Assembly: GCA_964188305.1 (NCBI GenBank)
Contig: OZ076890.1
From: Podarcis bocagei
Lineage: Eukaryota
Strand: one strand, 5' to 3'
DNA: 64,000 nt
Part shown: positions 1-13,975 of the stretch, piece by piece
Numbering within the stretch: position 1 is the stretch's first letter
Layout of the letters: each line of letters starts with the position of its first letter
Position numbers and translations under genes: made by a program
Notes under the pieces: generated by a model
What the model saw: the letters and a program-made list of their open reading frames with translations, nothing else
Databases searched by the model: none
Told to the model about the DNA's origin: nothing

Positions 1-869
1 CATGGGCTGCAGTGTGGTGTACTGCATATTGAAATTTGGGCATAATCTCTAGAGATGTGAGGAACAGATCAGAGGAGAAAGGAAGTGAGACCTTTAAAAA
101 AAATCGCTCTCTGCACTTAATCCAGGAGTGTCTGGAAAAGTGGAAAAATAGAAATCCCCTTGTCCCAAATATTTGGCCCTGCTGGCTGGAGCAGATGGGA
201 ACTGGAGTTAAACAATCCGAACGGGGGCAAGTTTCCCCATCCTGGTAAACAACTGTGCGATAGGCAAATATTCATCAGGCGACCCTTTGCCCAGAACTTT
301 GCATTTTGTGGGTGCTCACATGCTGAATCGGGGCAAAATAATACTACTTGGAAGGGGAGGCGGCAGCTCTTACTGAAGGCGATATATCTCGCTTTATTTC
401 CACAAGAAGCGAAAACCGCCCATCCCCTTTCCCTCAGCCGCGCGTTACTAGCCCAGTCACTGCGTGGGACCTGGCCTAGGCTTCGTGAGGGTTGGTGACT
501 GTTAAAAAAGCCCGGCTGGGGTGGGGGGCGGGCGGCTGCTCGGGGTCCGTGCGGGGTGAGCTTCCTTCTCGAAGCCAGTCAGGCGACTGAGAGTCTCGGG
601 GGCTACTTTCGCGCCCTTTTCGTTGTCCCGCGGGGACCCACCCACGCACGAGGGAAACGTTTGGCGCGTGAGCGGGCCGCGCGACTCTTGTCCCCGCATC
701 TCCCTCAGCCCGCCTTTCTGAGGCTTCGCACAAGACGCCGCAGCCGCCGCCGCCGCCCAGAGGTCTGCCGCTTGCTCGCTTGTTCTTTCTCGCGCGCGCG
801 CTGCGGTAATCGCCGCGTCCCACTGACACGCGGGCCTCCCTTTGGCTTTTTACAGTAGCTTCCAGCGGC

Positions 870-1037
870 GGTGCGCAGGCCAATTCCAGGAGCCCGCGGG
901 TTGGAGCCGCGCCCTGCTGAATACCGGAAAGGGCTCTGATTGGCCGGCGCCCTCCCCTATGCAAAAGAGCTGAGGGAATGGCATTCCTCCGGACTCTCTT
1001 ACTGTAAAAGCAAATTCATTTCCAGTCAATCTCCATT

Positions 1038-1048
<11 letters not shown>
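870..1048 (+). promoter_or_regulatory. RUNX1: RUNX1 P2 core promoter and probable TSS region
   Basis: CCAAT 880-884, inverted CCAAT (ATTGG) 939-943, ETS-like ACCGGAAA 923-930, no TATA box. CATAGAGCCAG at 1038-1048 matches the 5' end of the human P2 transcript as I recall it. Confidence 0.6.
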
Positions 1049-3298
<2,250 letters not shown>

Positions 3299-6200
3299 TA
3301 GGGGGCTTGCAGGGGGGGAAAGTTTCGGCTTGCAGCCGGGCAGCCCGAGCCTGTGCGGGTTTACTCGGAAGTAAGATCCACAGAAAGCAGCGAGGCTGGA
3401 CTTTTCCAGCGATGTGTGCATTGAGGAAAGGGTGGCAGCCTCGAAACGGAAACCGCAAAGTTCGGCCCCCGGCCATGTGGACTGCATCCTTAGACGCGGT
3501 TTCGTGGCGCGCGGAAAAGGCTCCCCAAATGTCTAACCGGGTCCGATCCTCGTTAGGAAATCTGACTAAATTGGAAGAGGGCTTAATTCGGAGTAAGTGG
3601 GCGTCGGATTGCAGCCATGCCGACGGCCCCTCGTGCAGGTTGACCTGGAAGCAAGACCCCTTTACAATAATTGAAGTTTACTTCGGAGGAAGTGTGCGCC
3701 CCGGCGCTGCCGTGTAGCGCGACCCTAAGCAGCTTTAAGTGAGGAATAAAGCCTACCGAGTTAAGGGAGACTTAGCCTTAGCACGTTGTCCTGTGCATTT
3801 TCCACCAAAAGCAAGCCACGTTCTGCTCAGTTGAGCTTATTTTCTTCTATCGAGTAGCAGCTACCGACATTTGCCTGGGAATACACCTCACTAAATTCAA
3901 TAGGACTTACTTCTGCATGGTTAGGATTGCCCTGAAAGTGCCACCCTGAACACTTAGGGTGCCATGGAGATATCTTTCCCATCCGTAATACACGGGTAGG
4001 CTGGCTTGTTTTATTTTCAAACAAACCCAAAACAAAAGTGGAATCTCCGTAAACTGCTCCATGTCTCTAAAACTTTAGTAAACAGGAGTGAATTCTCATA
4101 ATCACTTCACAGAGAAGGCATAATCAGCCTGTAGTAATAAGTTATCCTAAGTGTGCAAGCCTCGCTTAAGACCAAAGGCCACCTAGTATTATGTGCAAGA
4201 ACCGCAGAAACCAGCAGGCCTCAACTGGCCAGGGGTAGATAGACTTTCCACCCACCCTTCCCCTAATAGAGATTTCCCCATGAGAGAGAAGGCTACTTAC
4301 TGTACTTCCTACAATCACCCAGAACTTAACGCCTTCCTCCCGAAAGCACTGACTGACCTCCGAGCCTTAAACTCGACCTTCCTAAACCACTAAGAGTATT
4401 TGGAAGGAAATGCTCAATTGAATTCCGTGGGGCTTTCTCCCGAATAAACGCCTTCGGGGATGCCAGGCACAAACAGGCAAAGTAGAAAGGATCAAAGGAC
4501 TTCACGCCAGGAGGACAAGGAGTAACACGTGTAAGTAAATATCATGGAGGAGGAAATATTTCACGGGAAGATTGAGCTTAGACCTGCTTCCAGTCGCTCA
4601 GGATTCCTCCTCCCTCTAGGGAGTCAAAAGCAGTTACTGAATTAATACCCCAATTCCCAAAGCCCTTTAGCAGAAACACAGCGAGCCAAACCATTTTATT
4701 TTTTTTAAATCTACACACGCTTTCTCTTACCCACACTCTTTCATACGGCGTCCCTCCGAGCGTAGCCAGCTGGTGGATGGAGCAGGAAAAACCTAAGAAG
4801 GTATTTACGGGAGCAGAATTGTCCACGGTGCCAAGTAAGGAATTCACACACTAACACACACTACTTGATATCTATTACAATCTTAGACATGCTTCCATCA
4901 CAGCCAGCGGTATCTACGCGCAGATCTGACCTCAACAAGTGGTTATTTTAGAAATCCCGCTTGCTTCGTTTAGAAGTAAACACTGTTCGGTACCCTTAGG
5001 ATTACTTCTGCGTAAAGGCAGTTTGACTTAAAGCCGAGTGAAGCAAGCCTCGCAAGTGTAGTCTCGCAAGCATAAAGGCACACGCGAGATGAGGACCGGG
5101 CCTCTAGGGCTATTGAAGCCTCCTCATTCACATTTACGGTCTTTCGCTGAACGCAGAAAGGCCCTCTCCTTTCATGGCTGAGCTCTCACCATCTCTGCAT
5201 AGCTCAGGCTGGAGTACGAAAGGGAGGAGAGTTTTCTCCTTTCGGCCCCTGAAGTTCATTCACAAATCGCTACGACAGGCTGCGGCGGCCTCGCTGAATT
5301 CTGCGGGGACTGACTTGCGAGGAAACATTAATAGGATCGGTCTGCACGAAGAGTGCTGTAAAAGGAGGGAAAGGTTCTGGTGGGTTTTGTGCTTACATGT
5401 TGCGCGGGGGGGGGATACACACACACCCCTACATGCTGCGGAAGGAAGCAGACCCTTCAGCCGCTGAAGCTGCGCACCTGATTTGCGCCGGGGTCAGGGA
5501 GATCGCCCCTATAAAATAACTTAGGACTGGAAGGCGGGCTCAGCGCGAAGCACCTGCGAGCACCGCTTTGTAACTGAAGCCGCTCAAGCCGCTCCCACCC
5601 CCTCCGGGTGTCCCCAAAGGGATTAACATATAACTCAAGGTTGGCGTGGATTTCTTTTGTGTTTGGATCCCATATGTTGAGAGCACCCGCTGCAGCCGGC
5701 AGCTTAGTCCACGTGCATATAGTAGCAAATAGAAAACAGATACACGCAGATTTCCAGGCGTTTGAAATCGACCCCCTCTATTGGGTTATAATGCACGTGT
5801 GATAGTGACAAAAGCGTCCGCGTGCTTAAAAAAAATAAAATAAAAAATCCAAGTCCTTCAGGCCTAACTTTAAGAAACGCCAGAGCTGGAAGTATCCCTG
5901 CATATAAACAGATATTTCCCTTTGGATGTAAAACTCGCATTTGTTCGCACGGAACAAGTCAGCCCCCAGCAGAGTTTTAAAACGAAGCAGGACGGCTGAG
6001 TTTGCGTGTGTGTGGATGCAATCGCCTGGCATTCATCCATGAACAAATAAATAAATAAAGTAACAGAACACTCACTTTGCAAAAAAACAGCAAGGTTTCA
6101 TGACGGCCCCCACCCCCATTGCTCCAGAATAAGTTCTTTGACCTCTGCAGTAGCTCAGCGTTTGTGTTTTGAAGGTTTGCTCTTTCGGGAGGCGGGGAGA

Positions 6201-7781
6201 TGGTTGCTGCTTTCGGGCCTTGTGCTTCAAAACAGGAGACGGAACCCTCCCGTGGGCAAAACTTTGTGCCCAGCTCCTCTCGCTGCTTCCCAGGGAGTAA
6301 GACCCCCGATCCTGCATTCAGGAGGACTTCCTTCCCAGGGGACACGTGTAGGATCGATTTCAGTAGCCCGCTCAACCTAACAAATCTCCTTTCCCCCTTT
6401 AGAACCGGCTTAGCAAGTTTTAAAGGGGTGTTAAGATTTACCCTCGCCAACTCGGAGTCGAGGAAGACCCCGGGGTCTCCCCCCGCCCTCCATGACATCA
6501 GTGGTTCCCTTATATAGAGTAGGGGATTGCCCAAACCCAAGCCCTGCTCCTCGGCCCGTTCACACTTGTTCAGTCTGCCTGGCCCCTTCGCCCAAACATC
6601 CCAGGCGGAGCCATCCTAGCGCTCCCTGGAAGCACCTCTCTTCTCGCCCGCCCGGCCACTGTCTAGCCTGTTTTCAGCCTCTGGGAGCCCAGTGAAGGCG
6701 CCCCTCCTAGCCCAGGGCAAGCAGAGAGCCTGGGGCGAGTAGTTTCCTCTCTGGAAAGGCTTCCTTGGGTACGAGAGGCCTGCAGGTGGTTTTCCCTCTT
6801 GGCAGAAGCCACCCAAACGCGCTCACTGGAAGGCAGGCGTCTCCCTCCCTCCCTCACACTTTATTTCACCCCAAGGCTTCACATTTACTTGCAAGTAAAT
6901 CTAATCGAACCAAATGCGCGCAATACTTGGATCGGGTTGGCGGCCGCCTCTCTCAGCAACGCTTCCTCGGAGGACAGACCTTCGAAAGTGTGCTGGGCAC
7001 TTCTGAATCGACCCCAAAAAAACCTTTCATCTCTATGATCAGGACCCGATCCATTGGTTCTTGGCGGCGGATCGCCTTCACTGATGAAGGCGCAGAGGAA
7101 TCCGGAGTGAATCCGGAGCGAATGCCACGCTTGTCAATTTTATGCCTCCTTCCTCAAATTTGCTTGACCCGTCTGAATTTGCTTGGCCTCGAATCGCTGC
7201 CCACAGCCCTCCATAACCCATTCTCGTTTAAGTTTGGTCTGGAATAATTGTTGCACCCCCGACCTTAATAAATGGCCCTTGCCCCCAGTCCCTCATTTTT
7301 TGTGCCATTGGTTTTCATTGAGTGTACTTCCAAGAGATCTTGCTTATTTCGATTAATTCTTTTCCTAATTTAGCTACACTACTAAATTTACGTGGCCGTG
7401 GTAGCCAAATAGTGAGGAAAGTAGTCTGCCTTGTATTCCCCCATCCTAATGTCCCGCAAGCTGTTCCTGTTCAAGGGGAACTCAGAAAAAGCAAAGTTCT
7501 GCTTCAGGCTGGCTTCCGCAGCCTCCCGCCCTCCTTTTTTCTGGCTAAGCTTCACTTTTCTCACTTCCCTGCAGGCTGACAGCAGCCAGTACGTGCTTTT
7601 CTCTCCCTTCGAATTCCAGCAGAGCTTTTAAATAGCCACGATATTAAATCCGATTACCTGCCCGGGTCTCTTAAGTAGCAGCCAAGGAGGATGAGAAAGA
7701 TCTGTTCACACTGGTTCAGTTTCTTCCTTATTAGTTCCCAAAGGTGTTATTCTCCAACCAGCTTCAGTTTTAAGAACTTTT

Positions 7782-7940
7782 NNNNNNNNNNNNNNNNNNN
7801 NNNNNNNNNNNNNNNNNNNNNNNNNNNNNNNNNNNNNNNNNNNNNNNNNNNNNNNNNNNNNNNNNNNNNNNNNNNNNNNNNNNNNNNNNNNNNNNNNNNN
7901 NNNNNNNNNNNNNNNNNNNNNNNNNNNNNNNNNNNNNNNN
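7782..7940. other. Assembly gap (N run)
   Basis: 159 consecutive N. Confidence 1.
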
Positions 7941-10339
7941 AACAATGTCATATTACAGAAAGGATTCCATCACGCAATGCAAATGTGTGTGATTTAAGAA
8001 GAGAGAGTAAAAAAATGTTTATTGTTCAGGATTTTCCCTGCCCCAGAACACACACACCTTTGCAAGCAAGGGAACTTTGTCTTATATTATCAATAAATAT
8101 GTAACCCTTTGTAACAAACTGTTGCGGTCCTATGCATATTTGCCTATTCAGAAGTAAATCCCACTGTATTCAAGTCCTTCAACATATGCACACATAGAGC
8201 TTTGCAACCTAAAACAACCAAAATCAGTGTTTTTTAAAAAACCAGAAAATACTTGGGATGTGATGGGTGAAGAGGGATTAAACCAGACTCCTGCATATAA
8301 AACTGCTGAGATAGGCAGACTGTTAACAGTTCCCTTTTCCAGCTTCCCATCCTGCATACACTACTATTGGTGGGGTTTTTTTTATTATTCTGTCCCTCAA
8401 AAGAAAAGAAAAACCACCAATCCATAACTGAATAAATTCTCGGGAAGAACACCACAGACTGGATTTTTCTAGATTTTGCTTATATAATCTCCTCCTTGTA
8501 GGTATAACTATTTCCCACAACCAAGGAGTGTTGTTATTTAAATAATTTTGGGAATAATTATTATTTCTTTACATGTTCCCACAAGAGCTTGCCTTTCAGC
8601 ATTCTGACGCAGCAGATCAACAGTCCACTTCTTGTAGAAGAGTCCTAGTAAAGTTAAGGACTTAACTAGTTCTGCTATTTAAAACAAACCATCCATGGAC
8701 TTTCTGTTATTTACTACAGCAGATGGTAACTGCATACTTGCACACCACAAAGGCCAAAATCTACCAAATGAGAATACCTGGAATTACATCCCAGTCTTAA
8801 CTGTGCTTACATGGAAGTAAACACTATTGTTTCCAGTGACACTTACATCCAAGCAAGTATGGGAATATTGCCACATGGGAGACTGTGATCCTAAGTATGT
8901 TTGTATGGAAATAAGCCTCAGCTGGGTTCAGTATGACTTTCATGTAACTAAAGCTGTTGAAATAAATCACTGTGAACTCTGTGGGACTTACTCCTGAGTA
9001 AAAATATTTAGGATAGCAGTTTAATCTCTGTTCACTGGTTTGTCCTTAAGTCTTAACTCTTGCATTGCACCTTTACAACACTTAAAAAAAAGAGAAAAGA
9101 CAGAGCATTGAACTTCATCAGGGCTAATCTAAATAGTCGGATTTAATTGATCCATAGATTAGGTTGCTTTGCCCTAATCCCTTTGGAAACCTAGGATTTT
9201 CTGTCAAATTTAAGATGATGGCTGATATCTGACAAATGATAGAGAAGACTCATTTGATGGGTCAGCTCGGGGTATGGCTAATGTTGGCTTTTGCCTGTAT
9301 AAATTAAGTGAAAAAGAAAGATGATAAACTATCTGTTCCTAATGTTTGATAAATTGTAATAGAAAAGTACAATGGAGGATAAGATAATAATCTCATTCTT
9401 ACTTAAAATATCCCCTCCCCCCCAATTAGTGGGATACAGCAGTAAGATTTAGTTGTGCTGCAACTTTGAATTGTCTGTATTCCTTCTAGCTCATGTAGAA
9501 CATATTTTTATAAGCTGAACCGTCAAGCAGAAACACACGCACAGCCAGCTATCTCCAGTCAACAAGTTCTTACTTATCTGTTTAGTCTGTTTTATAATGT
9601 AAATGTTTGTGTTCTGTGCCTCTTTTACAGCTTTACTTGCCAGTCCCTTTCTCCTGGGCCCAGATATTTTTCTTTAGCGTCTTCCCAGAGTTTCCGGCAT
9701 TATGTTGTAAACACAGAGAGTTGAAAATATACTTTTTCTGTGGAGTTTTTTATTATTATTTTAAAAATGACCAAAGTTATTTTAAAAAAAACAACCAAAA
9801 GAAACACACCCACTAGTATGCATATCTAGAAAGACATGCATAGGATTAAATAATATTTTCAAATTGTGTTCCAATACACACTATAGTTTATTGACTTAGT
9901 AAAGCTATAATTCAGTTTGTCGGTGGGGAAAAAATAAGGTATTGCACCTGAAGTAATATTGCTAGAATGTCTAATTGTTGTTAACATCTTACAGTATTTT
10001 GACTAGGAAAAAATAATAATCAGTGTATAAGGGTACAATCCTAGCATTATTATTCTTATTCTTATTATGGGAAAAAATCTCACTGGGGGGAAATTGATCT
10101 TATTCTGAGGGATGTCTCACTGTGTTCAGTATCTGTTCCTAGGAATACAGCTTTATATCACAATTACAACCATGTTTATTCAGAAATAGGTTCAAATTGT
10201 TTCAGTAGCATTAGCCCTAATAAGTAATAATTCCTCACAAGACTGCAACCTTAAGCTAAAACATTTTTTCTTGGGGAGCCCAATTCATAGTTTGTCATTT
10301 GTCATTTGTCCTTGTCCTTCCTGCTAGAAGTTTCTAGAA

Positions 10340-10478
10340 CAAGGGTGGGGAACTTGTGGCCCTCCAGATGTTGCTGGACTCTCTGTTCCCATTATCACTG
10401 ACCTTTGGTGGTGATGGCTGAAGCTGATGGAAGTTTGGATCCAGCAACACCTGGACAGCCATAAGTTTCCCCACCCTC
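10340..10478. mobile_element. Short palindromic hAT-type MITE
   Basis: Imperfect fold-back; 8-bp direct repeats TTCTAGAA at 10332-10339 and 10479-10486. Confidence 0.7.
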
Positions 10479-10571
10479 TTCTAGAAGCTTCAGAAGAAAA
10501 GGCTAACAACTTCTCACATAGGTCCCCAGCAAAGTCTGAGGGGCAGTTGTCCTATTCTGGGACAATTAACT

Positions 10572-10573
<2 letters not shown>

Positions 10574-10611
<38 letters not shown>
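10574..10611. repeat. (GA)n microsatellite
   Basis: Direct read. Confidence 0.95.
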
Positions 10612-10614
<3 letters not shown>

Positions 10615-11732
10615 CCTATGAGACCAAAGAGATGAGGAAGAAACAGGGCCTTATAGAGAGAGAAGCAGGAAAAAGGATGCTATTTTTGAGTTCAGGAGTT
10701 GCACTATTTGCACTAAAATCATAAAAGGTCACCATGCCCCAGTTTGCTGCCTGCCTTATTTCTCACTCAAACTTTTTGCCTGGTTCCTGCTTACCCTCAG
10801 ATGATTAGAAAAGAAAAACAGGAGCAGGTGAATGTAAAAAAAAGTGAATTGACTTGCATTTCATTGAAAGGACTAGGGCTGCTGAGGAAGGGTGGGTAGA
10901 GGGAAGTAGAATGCCCACTCTAAGCAGAAATTTCAACACCGGGCAGTTTCAGCAGAAGTGAAAAGAATGGTTTTTTTAAAGAAGTTGCCGCTTACTTGGA
11001 AGACAGGGGCCAAAACTCAAGTGGGGAGTGCAAAAGGAGACTTTGGCTCTGGGTCAGGTAGAGGGCTTCCGGCCTCCTGATTCTAAGCATGTTGTGTGGA
11101 AGGAAGTGCTGCTGGTTCACACTAGATTGCCATGGAGTACGCAAATAGATCAAGCTTCATCTACAATCACCAGCCTGAATTTAGAGGTTGTTGCTAGCTT
11201 ACATTTAGTCACTGCTTCAGCACAGCACTCCAAAATGCCACACTGCACTAATGCAACCACCCTTTTTTCAGTTTTATTGAAACCAATGGCATTTACTTCC
11301 AAAAAAATGTGTTTGAGATTCAGGTTTTGATTTCTTTATTGTGCCCGGTTAAATAGGGTGCTGTGTTTTAGCACCCTATTTACCAAAGAAATGTTATATA
11401 TATTCAGCTGCTTGGATATGAACTAAGCTAGCCACTATTAGGTCCCACTGAAATCTATGGGAAAAGCTAATCATGGCTAACTTAATTCCGATTGATTTTC
11501 AGTTGGACTTTAGTGCAACTAACTTAGGTTTCAATCCTAACCTTATGAACCTGAGTGTAAGTTTCATACTTCTAAGTGCTTAAGATTGTTAAACTTGCAA
11601 GTCTGTGTTCACCTGTATCCCGTCCCTCACCGCCCTATTAAAAAAATAATAATCCTATTTGACTTTTGCTTATAGTTTGCACCTTCAAATTATCAATAAG
11701 AAACTAATGGTGCTTCCATTTTATTCTTTTAG

Positions 11733-12002
<270 letters not shown>

Positions 12003-13593
12003 TAATCCCTTTTGCTTTCAATATAATTATATCGGAGTAAGCAGTTTCAGGATTACCGCAATTGAGGCCAACCAAAGTCCATATTGGTGGTATTGTAGTA
12101 AATGATTGCAGGATGTAGATCACTACCTTGTTTTTATGATGCATTTGTGCAACAAACATTACAGGCTGAATTGTGTATTGTTATCAGATGGTTTAGATCT
12201 GCCTTCAGAGCTATGGTACCATGATTTGTATCTGCTCGGTATTTAGCCAATAGTGTCGATGTAGAGCTCTGTATATCTCAGAAGTAGTGTTAGAAATCCC
12301 ATGTGAGCAGTTTTCTCATTCATTTCAGTAGAAAAGGGGACTGCAACAAACAGATCCTCAGTGAATGGGTGAAGCCAGTGTATAATGAAATTTTAATTAC
12401 TGAAATTAAAACATTGCTAATTATAAAGTTTGGTGACTGCAGAGTAGAGCCAGCTTGTTGTAGTTTGCTATTGTTATATATATTGGCAGTGGTGGTTTTC
12501 TGCAGAGAGGATTTTTCCTTCCTCCCCCTCCCCCTTCTTTAATGGTTCCATTTAATGGGTCTCTACAAGAAATAAGTATGCATTTGGTTTGTTACTTTAG
12601 CTTTAGCAACGCAGTTCATGATAGTGAGGTTAGGAATACAAAGAATGATAAATAGGCACCCACATATGTTGACATGGAAGTAAGATATGTTGATGTCAAT
12701 GAGACATGTTTCTAACTAATTATCCAATTTGTGAGACTTCTAAAAATGCACCATCTATATCATGGTTTAAACACACACACGCGCGCACACACACATATCT
12801 GTGTGACTAGGTTCAACTATTTCTTTTTATGCATTTGCATGGATATTGATACAGCCAGAAGAAACTCCCACAACTCTGGCAGATGGAAAAATGTTATTGC
12901 TATCATTGGAGGCGCTGCCAGCAATATCTGTGATTGCAAGAACTAAGCATTGTAGTGCTTTTCACATACTCACCTTACAGAGGATTCTCTCCATGTGGTG
13001 GAGAAGCTGACGGACATTGCATCCAATGTGTATATATGGTAACATGTTATTTGAGTGCTCCATGCATAGACCAATGTGTATATCAATTTGACTTATACGA
13101 CCTCTCCTTTTCTGAGAAGTAAAGATCTCATAAAATCAGACAGTTGGATCACATATTCCTTTATATGCAGGATGATAATGGTACACCCTTGCTCCCCCCT
13201 CTGCGAAGAGGATTCTAAGCTTGTTGAATACATGAATTGGTCTTATCTCTATATGAGCACATACCTGAGGAAGGCTGGGGCTGCTCACATAGCCTTTGCT
13301 ATGAATTGGCTCCTAGTCACAAATATAATTCATGAAAATTGCCTAGCTGGGTTGATTCTTGCTCCTTACTAATGTGCTGATTTTATCAGGACTGGGATTG
13401 GTCCTTTGATTTGTGCATCTAGCAGACTTGATTTCATTTTCTATGGAAACTAGCTTTTGATTTTTGATTATTAAATTTCTATACGGCTTAATATGTTAAA
13501 AATATCTCTAAGCCATGTACAAACAAACTTAAAGCGACAGCAGGCAAATGAAACAAAACATTACAAAAATACAGAGTTACATATGAAAATGTT

Positions 13594-13975
13594 CTAGTTA
13601 CAGGTAGGTAGCCATGTTGGTCTGCCATAGTCGAAACAAAATAAAAAAAATCCTTCCAGTAGCAGACTAAAACAGTACTATTACTTCTCTTGATCTAGAC
13701 ACTATACTTCTGTTGAGACAGCTTAGAATAACATTAGCTCTTTTGCTGCTGCATCACACTGTTGACTCATGTTAAGCTTGTGGTCCACTAAGACACCTGG
13801 ATCCTTTTCACATGTACTGCTAGTAAGCCAGGTGTCCATCTTATATTGGTGCAGCTGGTTTTTCTGGTGACTTCTGTTTCAGTGTATCTGAAGAAGTGTG
13901 CATGCACACGAAAGCTCATACCAATAACAAACTTAGTCGGTCTCTAAGGTGCTACTGGAAGGAATTTTTTTTATT
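13594..13975 (+). mobile_element. Penelope-like element insertion (inverted pseudo-LTR pieces) carrying a captured CR1 fragment
   Basis: 13-bp direct repeats ATATGAAAATGTT at 13581-13593 and 13976-13988. Inverted arms AAAAAAAATCCTTCCAGTAGCA / TGCTACTGGAAGGAATTTTTTTT. Contains a hammerhead motif; the middle (13661-13865) is antisense CR1. Confidence 0.75.
13884..13921 (+). ncRNA. Minimal type I hammerhead ribozyme motif (Penelope-like element type)
   Basis: GTAT-CTGAAGA-A-GTGTGC/AT/GCACAC-GAA-AGCT-C-ATAC: helix I GTAT/ATAC, CUGANGA core, helix II, GAAA, palindromic AGCU helix III, predicted cut after C13917. Confidence 0.75.

Noticed and set aside
36-62. LGIISRDV resembles LGMNPSRDVH from the small human RUNX1c-specific exon
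   Set aside because: No suitable acceptor or GT donor at the right positions and the match is short; probably chance.
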